From Utricularia gibba (lineage: Eukaryota; Plantae; Magnoliophyta), in NCBI GenBank assembly GCA_002189035.1, contig NEEC01000012.1, positions 3,286,001-3,350,000 on the forward strand: 64,000 bases of DNA. Direction: 5' to 3'. Numbering within the stretch: the first letter of the stretch is position 1; the number at the start of each line of letters is the position of its first letter. The translations under genes were made by a program, and so were the position numbers. The notes beneath the pieces were generated by a model that ran no database searches, had not been told where the DNA came from, and saw nothing but the letters and a program-made list of their open reading frames with translations. Of the stretch, positions 49,701 through 61,700 are shown one piece after another.

Positions 49701-52700
49701 TGTGCCACAAATTGGCCACCACGTTCGCGACGATGCGACTCGGAACACGAGAATCGACGCGATTGTGATTTTCGCTTGCAAAACATCTGCGTTTTATTGG
49801 ATGACGTGAAGTATGGGTTTTCGAGGCGATCTCTGAACAAGCTCTAGGTGTGTTCCTACCCGCAGCCTCATGGTGGCCTCGCACACCGTTCGGCATTCGT
49901 CGATATCTTGAAATGATGAGTCACGCTGCGCCGGCATACCGTTTCGAACCCTTCCGTGCCGGTCAGCTTCCGTGTTGAAAGCATCTTCGTCCGAGGATGC
50001 ATCAGAGCTCGAATTATCGCCTTATATTAGCCTTCAGATGTGCCACAAATTGGCCACCACGTTCGCGACGATGCGACTCGGAACACGAGATCGACGCGAT
50101 TGTGATTTTCGCCTTGCAAAACATCTGCGTTTTATTGGGTGACGTGAAGTATGGGTTTTCGAGGCGATCTCTGAACAAGCTCTGGGTGTGTCCCTACCCG
50201 CAGCCTCATGGTGGCCTCGCACACCGTTCGGTATTTCGGCGATATCTGAAAAGATGAGTCACGCTGCGCCCGGCATACCGTTTCGAACCCCTTTCCGTGC
50301 CGGTCAGCTTCCGTGTTGAAAGCATCTCGTCCGAGGATGCATCAGAGCTCGAATTATCGCCTTATATTAGCCTTCAGATGTGCCACAAATTGGCCACCAC
50401 GTTCGCGACGATGCGACTCGGAACACGAGAATCGACGCGATTGTGATTTTCGCCTTGCAAAACATCTGCGTTTTATTGGGTGACGTGAAGTATGGGTTTT
50501 CGAGGCGATCTCTGAACAAGCTCTGGTGTGTCCTACCCGCAGCCTCATGGTGGCCTCGCACACCGTTCGGCATCTCGTCGATATCTTGAAGATCAATGAG
50601 TCACGCTGCGCCCGGCATACCGTTTCGAACCCTTTCCGTGCCGGTCAGCTTCCGTGTTGAAAGCATCTTCGTCCGAGGATGCATCAGAGCTCGAATTATC
50701 GCCTTATATTAGCCTTCAGATGTGCCACAAATTGGCCACCACGTTCGCGACGATGCGACTCGGAACACGAGAATCGACGCGATTGTGATTTTCGGCTTGC
50801 AAAACATCTGCGTTTTATTGGGTGACGTGAAGTATGGGTTTTCGAGGCGATCTCTGAACAAGCTCTGGGTGTGTCCCTACCCGCAGCCTCATGGTGGCCT
50901 CGCACACCGTTCGGCATCTCGTCGATATCTTGAAGATCAAGATGAGTCACGCTGCGCCCGGCATACCGTTTCGAACCCCTTTCCGTGCCGGTCAGCTTCC
51001 GTGTTGAAAGCATCTTCGTCCGAGGATGCATCAGAGCTCGAATTATCGCCTTATATTAGCCTTCAGATGTGCCACAAATTGGCCCTACCCGCAGCCTCAT
51101 GGTGGCCTCGCACACCGTTCGGTATTTCGGCGGATATCCTGAAAACCGTGCCGGTCATGAGTCACGCTGCGCCTTATATTAGCCTTCAGGCATACCGTTT
51201 CGAACCCCTTTCCGTGCCGGTCAGCTTCCGTGTTGAAAGCATCTTCGTCCGAGGATGCATCAGAGCTCGAATTATCGCCTTATATTAGCCTTCAGATGTG
51301 CCACAAATTGGCCACCACGTTCGCGACGATGCGACTCGGAACACGAGAATCGACGCGATTGTGATTTTCGCCTTGCAAAACATCTGCGTTTTATTGGGTG
51401 ACGTGAAGTATGGGTTTTCGAGGCGATCTCTGAACAAGCTCTCGAATTATCGGCCTGTGTTCCTACCCGCAGCCTCATGGTGGCCTCGCACACCGTTCGG
51501 CATTCGGCGATATCCTGATATCTGCGCCCGGCATACCGAAAGCTTCCGTGTTGAAAGCATGATGAGTCACGCTGCGCCCGGCATACCGTTTCGAACCCGT
51601 TTCCGTGCCGGTCAGCTTCCGTGTTGAAAGCATCTTCGTCCGAGGATGCATCAGAGCTCGAATTATCGCCTTATATTAGCCTTCAGATGTGCCACAAATT
51701 GGCCACCACGTTCGCGACGATGCGACTCGGAACACGAGAATCGACGCGATTGTGATTTTCGCCTTGCAAAACATCTGTTTTATTGGGTGACGTGAAGTAT
51801 GGGTTTTCGAGGCGATCTCTGAACAAGCTCTGGGTGTTCCTACCCGCAGCCTCATGGTGGCCTCGCACACCGTTCGGCATCTCGTCGATATCTTGAAGAT
51901 CAAGATGAGTCACGCTGCGCCCGGCATACCGTTTCGAACCCCTTTCCGTGCCGGTCAGCTTCCGTGTTGAAAGCATCTTCGTCCGAGGATGCATCAGAGC
52001 TCGAATTATCGCCTTATATTAGCCTTCAGATGTGCCACAAATTGGCCACCACGTTCGCGACGATGCGTTTCGGAACACGAGAATCGACGCGATTGTGATT
52101 TTCGCTTGCAAAAGATCTGCGTTTTATTGGATGACGTGAAGTATGGGTTTTCGAGCGATCTCTGAACAAGCTCTGGGTGTCCCTACCCGCAGCCTCATGG
52201 TGGCCTCGCACACCGTTCGGTATTTCGGCGATATCTGAAAACCGTGATGAGTCACGCTGCGCCCGGCATACCGTTTCGAACCCCTTTCCGTGCCGGTCAG
52301 CTTCCGTGTTGAAAGCATCTTCGTCCGAGGATGCATCAGAGCTCGAATTATCGCCTTATATTAGCCTTCAGATGTGCCACAAATTGGCCACCACGTTCGC
52401 GACGATGCGACTCGGAACACGAGAATCGACGCGATTGTGATTTTCGCCTTGCAAAACATCTGCGTTTTATTGGGTGACGTGAAGTATGGGTTTTCGAGGC
52501 GATCTCTGAACAAGCTCTGGTGTGTTCCTACCCGCAGCCTCATGGTGGCCTCGCACACCGTTCGGCATCTCGTCGATATCTTGAAGATCATGATGAGTCA
52601 CGCTGCGCCCGGCATCCGTTTCGAACCCCTTTCCGTGCCGGTCAGCTTCCGTGTTGAAAGCATCTTCGTCCGAGGATGCATCAGAGCTCGAATTATCGCC

Positions 52701-55700
52701 TTATATTAGCCTTCAGATGTGCCACAAATTGGCCACCACGTTCGCGACGATGCGACTCGGAACACGAGAATCGACGCGATTGTGATTTTCGCTTGCAAAA
52801 CATCTGCGTTTATTGGGTGACGTGAAGTATGGGTTTTCGAGGCGATCTCTGAACAAGCTCTGGGTGTGTCCTACCCGCAGCCTCATGGTGGCCTCGCACA
52901 CCGTTCGGATTCGTCGATATCTTGAAGATCAAGATGAGTCACGCTGCGCCCGGCATACCGTTTCGAACCCTTTCCGTGCCGGTCAGCTTCCGTGTTGAAA
53001 GCATCTTCGTCCGAGGATGCATCAGAGCTCGAATTATCGCCTTATATTAGCCTTCAGATGTGCCACAAATTGGCCACCACGTTCGCGACGATGACTCGGA
53101 ACACGAGAATCGACGCGATTGTGATTTTCGCTTGCAAAATCTGCGTTTTATTGGATGACGTGAAGTATGGGTTTTCGAGGCGATCTCTGAACAAGCTCTG
53201 GGTGTGTCCCTACCCGCAGCCTCATGGTGGCCTCGCACACCGTTCGGTATTTCGGCGATATCCTGAAAACCGTGATGAGTCACGCTGCGCCGGCATACCG
53301 TTTCGAACCCCTTTCCGTGCCGGTCAGCTTCCGTGTTGAAAGCATCTTCGTCCGAGGATGCATCAGAGCTCGAATTATCGCCTTATATAGCCTTCAGATG
53401 TGCCACAAATTGGCCACCACGTTCGCGACGATGCGACTCGGAACACGAGAATCGACGCGATTGTGATTTTCGCCTTGCAAAACATCTGTTTTATTGGGTG
53501 ACGTGAAGTATGGGTTTTCGAGGCGATCTCTGAACAAGCTCTGGGTGTGTCCCTACCCGCAGCCTCATGGTGGCCTCGCACACCGTTCGGTATTCGGCGA
53601 TATCTGAAATGATGAGTCACGCTGCGCCGGCATACCGTTTCGAACCCCTTTCCGTGCCGGTCAGCTTCCGTGTTGAAAGCATCTTCGTCCGAGGATGCAT
53701 CAGAGCTCGAATTATCGCCTTATATTAGCCTTCAGATGTGCCACAAATTGGCCACCACGTTCGCGACGATGCGTTTCGGAACACGAGAATCGACGCGATT
53801 GTGATTTTCGCCTTGCAAAACATCTGCGTTTTATTGGGTGACGTGAAGTATGGGTTTTCGAGGCGATCTCTGAACAAGCTCTGGTGTGTCCCTACCCGCA
53901 GCCTCATGGTGGCCGCACACCGTTCGGTCTCGTCGATATCTTGAAATCAAGATGAGTCACGCTGCGCCCGGCATACCGTTTCGAACCCCTTTCCGTGCCG
54001 GTCAGCTTCCGTGTTGAAAGCTCTTCGTCCGAGGATGCATCAGAGCTCGAATTATCGCCTTATATTAGCCTTCAGATGTGCCACAAATTGGCCACCGTTC
54101 GCGACGATGCGACTCGGAACACGAGAATCGACGCGATTGTGATTTTCGCCTTGCAAAACATCTGCGTTTTATTGGGTGACGTGAAGTATGGGTTTTCGAG
54201 GCGATCTCTGAACAAGCTCTGGTGTGTTCCTACCCGCAGCCTCATGGTGGCCTCGCACACCGTTCGGCATCTCGTCGATATCTTGAAGATCAAGATGAGT
54301 CACGCTGCGCCCGGCATACCGTTTCGAACCCCTTTCCGTGCCGGTCAGCTTCCGTGTTGAAAGCATCTTCGTCCGAGGATGCATCAGAGCTCGAATTATC
54401 GCCTTATATTAGCCTTCAGATGTGCCACAAATTGGCCACCACGTTCGCGACGATGCGACTCGGAACACGAGAATCGACGCGATTGTGATTTTCGCCTTGC
54501 AAAACATCTGCGTTTTATTGGGTGACGTGAAGTATGGGTTTTCGAGGCGATCTCTGAACAAGCTCTGGGTGTGTCCTACCCGCAGCCTCATGGTGGCCTC
54601 GCACACCGTTCGGCAATCTGAAAAAGATGAGTCACGCTGCGCCCGGCATACCGTTTCGAACCCTTTCCGTGCCGGTCAGCTTCCGTGTTGAAAGCATCTT
54701 CGTCCGAGGATGCATCAGAGCTCGAATTATCGCCTTATATTAGCCTTCAGATGTGCCACAAATTGGCCACCACGTTCGCGACGATGACGGAACACGAGAA
54801 TCGACGCGATTGTGATTTTCGCTTGCAAAACATCTGCGTTTTATTGGATGACGTGAAGTATGGGTTTTCGAGCGATCTCTGAACAAGCTCTGGGTGTGTC
54901 CCTACCCGCAGCCTCATGGTGGCCTCGCACACCGTTCGGTATTTCGGCGATATCCTGAAATCGTGATGAGTCACGCTGCGCCGGCATACCGTTTCGAACC
55001 CCTTTCCGTGCCGGTCAGCTTCCGTGTTGAAAGCATCTTCTTCGTCCGAGGATGCATCAGAGCTCGAATTATCGCCTTATATTAGCCTTCAGATGTGCCA
55101 CAAATTGGCCACCACGTTCGCGACGATGCGACTCGGAACACGAGAATCGACGCGATTGTGATTTTCGCCTTGCAAAACATCTGCGTTTTATTGGGTGACG
55201 TGAAGTATGGGTTTTCGAGGCGATCTCTGAACAAGCTCTAGGTGTGTTCCTACCCGCAGCCTCATGGTGGCCTCGCACACCGTTCGGCATTCGTCGATAT
55301 CTTGAAGATCAAGATGAGTCACGCTGCGCCGGCATACCGTTTCGAACCCTTCCGTGCCGGTCAGCTTCCGTGTTGAAAGCATCTTCGTCCGAGGATGCAT
55401 CAGAGCTCGAATTATCGCCTTATAAGCCTTCAGATGTGCCACAAATTGGCCACCACGTTCGCGACGATGCGACTCGGAACACGAGAATCGACGCGATTGT
55501 GATTTTCGCCTTGCAAAACATCTGCGTTTTATTGGGTGACGTGAAGTATGGGTTTTCGAGGCGATCTCTGAACAAGCTCTGGTGTGTCCCTACCCGCAGC
55601 CTCATGGTGGCCTCGCACACCGTTCGTATTTCGGCGATATCCTGAAAGATGAGTCACGCTGCGCCGGCATACCGTTTCGAACCCCTTTCCGTGCCGGTCA

Positions 55701-58700
55701 GCTTCCGTGTTGAAAGCATCTTCGTCCGAGGATGCATCAGAGCTCGAATTATCGCCTTATATTAGCCTTCAGATGTGCCACAAATTGGCCACCACGTTCG
55801 CGACGATGCGACTCGGAACACGAGAATCGACGCGATTGTGATTTTCGCCTTGCAAAACATCTGTTTTATTGGTGACGTGAAGTATGGGTTTTCGAGGCGA
55901 TCTCTGAACAAGCTCTGGGTGTGTCCCTACCGCAGCCTCATGGTGGCCTCGCACACCGTTCGGTATTTCGATATCCTGAAAAAGTGATGAGTCACGCTGC
56001 GCCGGCATACCGTTTCGAACCCCTTTCCGTGCCGGTCAGCTTCCGTGTTGAAAGCATCTTCGTCCGAGGATGCATCAGAGCTCGAATTATCGCCTTATAT
56101 TAGCCTTCAGATGTGCCACAAATTGGCCACCACGTTCGCGACGATGCGACTCGGAACACGAGAATCGACGCGATTGTGATTTTCGGCCTTGCAAAATCTG
56201 CGTTTTATTGGATGACGTGAAGTATGGGTTTTCGAGGCGATCTCTGAACAAGCTCTGGGTGTGTCCCTACCCGCAGCCTCATGGTGGCCTCGCACACCGT
56301 TCGGCATTTCGTCGATATCTGAAAACCGTGATGAGTCACGCTGCGCCGGGCACCGTTTCGAACCCCTTTCCGTGCCGGTCAGCTTCCGTGTTGAAAGCAT
56401 CTTCGTCCGAGGATGCATCAGAGCTCGAATTATCGCCTATATTAGCCTTCAGATGTGCCACAAATTGGCCACCACGTTCGCGACGATGCGACTCGGAACA
56501 CGAGAATCGACGCGATTGTGATTTTCGCCTTGCAAAACATCTGCGTTTTATTGGGTGACGTGAAGTATGGGTTTTCGAGCGATCTCTGAACAAGCTCTGG
56601 GTGTGTCCTACCCGCAGCCTCATGGTGGCCTCGCACACCGTTCGGCATTCGTCGATATCTTGAAAGATGAGTCACGCTGCGCCCGGCATACCGTTTCGAA
56701 CCCCTTTCCGTGCCGGTCAGCTTCCGTGTTGAAAGCATCTTCGTCCGAGGATGCATCAGAGCTCGAATTATCGCCTTATATTAGCCTTCAGATGTGCCAC
56801 AAATTGGCCACCACGTTCGCGACGATGCGTTTCGGAACACGAGAATCGACGCGATTGTGATTTTCGGCTTGCAAAAGATCTGCGTTTTATTGGATGACGT
56901 GAAGTATGGGTTTTCGAGCGATCTCTGAACAAGCTCTGGGTGTGTCCCTACCCGCAGCCTCATGGTGGCCTCGCACACCGTTCGGTATTTCGGCGATATC
57001 CTGAAAATGATGAGTCACGCTGCGCCGGCATACCGTTTCGAACCCCTTTCCGTGCCGGTCAGCTTCCGTGTTGAAAGCATCTTCGTCCGAGGATGCATCA
57101 GAGCTCGAATTATCGCCTTATATTAGCCTTCAGATGTGCCACAAATTGGCCACCACGTTCGCGACGATGCGACTCGGAACACGAGAATCGACGCGATTGT
57201 GATTTTCGCCTTGCAAAACATCTGTGTTTTATTGGGTGACGTGAAGTATGGGTTTTCGAGGCGATCTCTGAACAAGCTCTAGGTGTGTTCCTACCCGCAG
57301 CCTCATGGTGGCCTCGCACACCGTTCGGCTCGTCGATATTTGAAATCAAGATGAGTCACGCTGCGCCCGGCATACCGTTTCGAACCCTTTCCGTGCCGGT
57401 CAGCTTCCGTGTTGAAAGCATCTTCGTCCGAGGATGCATCAGAGCTCGAATTATCGCCTTATATTAGCCTTCAGATGTGCCACAAATTGGCCACCACGTT
57501 CGCGACGATGCGACTCGGAACACGAGAATCGACGCGATTGTGATTTTCGCTTGCAAAACATCTGCGTTTTATTGGGTGACGTGAAGTATGGGTTTTCGAG
57601 GCGATCTCTGAACAAGCTCTGGTGTGTCCTACCCGCAGCCTCATGGTGGCCTCGCACACCGTTCGGCATTTCGTCGATATCTTGAAATCAAGATGAGTCA
57701 CGCTGCGCCCGGCATACCGTTTCGAACCCCTTTCCGTGCCGGTCAGCTTCCGTGTTGAAAGCATCTTCGTCCGAGGATGCATCAGAGCTCGAATTATCGC
57801 CTTATATTAGCCTTCAGATGTGCCACAAATTGGCCACACGTTCGCGACGATGCGACTCGGAACACGAGAATCGACGCGATTGTGATTTTCGCCTTGCAAA
57901 ACATCTGCGTTTTATTGGGTGACGTGAAGTATGGGTTTTCGAGGCGATCTCTGAACAAGCTCTGGTGTGTTCCTACCCGCAGCCTCATGGTGGCCTCGCA
58001 CACCGTTCGGTATTCGGCGATATCCTGAAAACCGTGATGAGTCACGCTGCGCCGGCATACCGTTTCGAACCCCTTTCCGTGCCGGTCAGCTTCCGTGTTG
58101 AAAGCATCTTCGTCCGAGGATGCATCAGAGCTCGAATTATCGCCTTATATTAGCCTTCAGATGTGCCACAAATTGGCCACCACGTTCGCGACGATGAGTT
58201 TCGGAACACGAGAATCGACGCGATTGTGATTTTCGGCTTGCAAAAGATCTGCGTTTTATTGGATGACGTGAAGTATGGGTTTTCGAGCGATCTCTGAACA
58301 AGCTCTGGGTGTGTCCTACCCGCAGCCTCATGGTGGCCTCGCACACCGTTCGGTATTCGTCGATATCTTGAAGATCCGTGATGAGTCACGCTGCGCCCGG
58401 CATACCGTTTCGAACCCTTTCCGTGCCGGTCAGCTTCCGTGTTGAAAGCATCTTCGTCCGAGGATGCATCAGAGCTCGAATTATCGCCTTATATTAGCCT
58501 TCAGATGTGCCACAAATGGCCACCACGTTCGCGACGATGAGTTCGGAACACGAGAATCGACGCGATTGTGATTTTCGCTTGCAAAATCTGCGTTTTATTG
58601 GATGACGTGAAGTATGGGTTTTCGATGCGATCTCTGAACAAGCTCTGGGTGTGTCCCTACCCGCAGCCTCATGGTGGCCTCGCACACCGTTCGGTATTTC

Positions 58701-61700
58701 GGCGATATCCTGAAAACCGTGATGAGTCACGCTGCGCCGGCATACCGTTTCGAACCCCTTTCCGTGCCGGTCAGCTTCCGTGTTGAAAGCATCTTCGTCC
58801 GAGGATGCATCAGAGCTCGAATTATCGCCTTATATTAGCCTTCAGATGTGCCACAAATTTGGCCACCACGTTCGCGACGATGCGACTCGGAACACGAGAA
58901 TCGACGCGATTGTGATTTTCGCCTTGCAAAACATCTGCGTTTTATTGGGTGATGTGAAGTATGGGTTTTCGAGGCGATCTCTGAACAAGCTCTGGTGTGT
59001 CCCTACCCGCAGCCTCATGGTGGCCTCGCACACCGTTCGGTATCTCGTCGATATCTTGAAATCAAGATGAGTCACGCTGCGCCCGGCATACCGTTTCGAA
59101 CCCTTTCCGTGCCGGTCAGCTTCCGTGTTGAAAGCATCTTCGTCCGAGGATGCATCAGAGCTCGAATTATCGCCTTATATTAGCCTTCAGATGTGCCACA
59201 AATTGGCCACCACGTTCGCGACGATGCGACTCGGAACACGAGAATCGACGCGATTGTGATTTTCGCTTGCAAAACATCTGCGTTTTATTGGGTGACGTGA
59301 AGTATGGGTTTTCGAGGCGATCTCTGAACAAGCTCTGGTGTGTCCTACCCGCAGCCTCATGGTGGCCTCGCACACCGTTCGGTATTCGGCGATATCCTGA
59401 AATGATGAGTCACGCTGCGCCGCATACCGTTTCGAACCCTTTCCGTGCCGGTCAGCTTCCGTGTTGAAAGCATCTTCGTCCGAGGATGCATCAGAGCTCG
59501 AATTATCGCCTTATATTAGCCTTCAGATGTGCCACAAATTGGCCACCACGTTCGCGACGATGCGACTCGGAACACGAGAATCGACGCGATTGTGATTTTC
59601 GCCTTGCAAAACATCTGCGTTTTATTGGGTGACGTGAAGTATGGGTTTTCGAGGCGATCTCTGAACAAGCTCTGGTGTTCCCTACCCGCAGCCTCATGGT
59701 GGCCTCGCACACCGTTCGGCATCTCGTCGATATCCTGAAGATCAAGATGAGTCACGCTGCGCCCGGCATACCGTTTCGAACCCCTTCCGTGCCGGTCAGC
59801 TTCCGTGTTGAAAGCATCTTCGTCCGAGGATGCATCAGAGCTCGAATTATCGCCTTATATTAGCCTTCAGATGTGCCACAAATTGGCCACCACGTTCGCG
59901 ACGATGCGACTCGGAACACGAGAATCGACGCGATTGTGATTTTCGCCTTGCAAAACATCTGCGTTTTATTGGGTGACGTGAAGTATGGGTTTTCGAGGCG
60001 ATCTCTGAACAAGCTCTGGTGTGTCCTACCCGCAGCCTCATGGTGGCCTCGCACACCGTTCGGTATTCGGCGATATCCTGAAAACCGTGATGAGTCACGC
60101 TGCGCCGGCATACCGTTTCGAACCCCTTTCCGTGCCGGTCAGCTTCCGTGTTGAAAGCATCTTCGTCCGAGGATGCATCAGAGCTCGAATTATCGCCTTA
60201 TATTAGCCTTCAGATGTGCCACAAATTGGCCACCACGTTCGCGACGATGCGACTCGGAACACGAGAATCGACGCGATTGTGATTTTCGGCTTGCAAAAGA
60301 TCTGCGTTTTATTGGGTGACGTGAAGTATGGGTTTTCGAGGCGATCTCTGAACAAGCTCTGGGTGTGTCCCTACCCGCAGCCTCATGGTGGCCTCGCACA
60401 CCGTTCGGTATTTCGGCGATATCCTGAAAACCGTGATGAGTCACGCTGCGCTCGGCATACCGTTTCGAACCCTTTCCCGTGCCGGTCAGCTTCCGTGTTG
60501 AAAGCATCTTCGTCCGAGGATGCATCAGAGCTCGAATTATCGCCTTATATTAGCCTTCAGATGTGCCACAAATTGGCCACCACGTTCGCGACGATGCGAC
60601 TCGGAACACGAGAATCGACGCGATTGTGATTTTCGCCTTGCAAAACATGCGTTTTTATTGGGTGACGTGAAGTATGGGTTTTCGAGGCGATCTCTGAACA
60701 AGCTCTGGTGTGTCCCTACCCGCAGCCTCATGGTGGCCTCGCACACCGTTCGGCATTTCGGCGATATCTTGAAGATGAGTCACGCTGCGCCCGGCATACC
60801 GTTTCGAACCCTTTCCGTGCCGGTCAGCTTCCGTGTTGAAAGCATCTTCGTCCGAGGATGCATCAAGCTCGAATTATCGCCTTATAGTAGCCTTCAGATG
60901 TGCCACAAATTGGCCACCACGTTCGCGACGATGCGACTCGGAACACGAGAATCGACGCGATTGTGATTTTCGCTTGCAAAACATCTGCGTTTTATTGGTG
61001 ACGTGAAGTATGGGTTTTCGAGCGATCTCTGAACAAGCTCTGGGTGTGTCCCTACCCGCAGCCTCATGGTGGCCTCGCACACCGTTCGGTATTTCGGCGA
61101 TATCCTGAAAACCGTGATGAGTCACGCTGCGCCGGCATACCGTTTCGAACCCCTTTCCGTGCCGGTCAGCTTCCGTGTTGAAAGCATCTTCGTCCGAGGA
61201 TGCATCAGAGCTCGAATTATCGCCTTATATTAGCCTTCAGATGTGCCACAAATTGGCCACCACGTTCGCGACGATGAGTTTCGGAACACGAAATCGACGC
61301 GATTGTGATTTTCTCATGGTGGCCTCGCACCGTTCGGTTCGGCATATCCTGAAAACCGTGATGAGTCACGCTGCGCCGGCATACCGTTTCGAACCCCTTT
61401 CCGTGCCGGTCAGCTTCCGTGTTGAAAGCTTCTTCGTCCGAGGATGCATCAGAGCTCGAATTATCGCCTTATATTAGCCTTCAGATGTGCCACAAATTGG
61501 CCACCACGTTCGCGACGATGCGACTCGGAACACGAGAATCGACGCGATTGTGATTTTCGCTTGCAAAACATCTGCGTTTTATTGGGTGACGTGAAGTATG
61601 GGTTTTCGAGGCGATCTCTGAACAAGCTCTGGTGTGTTCCTACCCGCAGCCTCATGGTGGCCTCGCACACCGTTCGGTATTTCGGCCATATCCTGAAACC

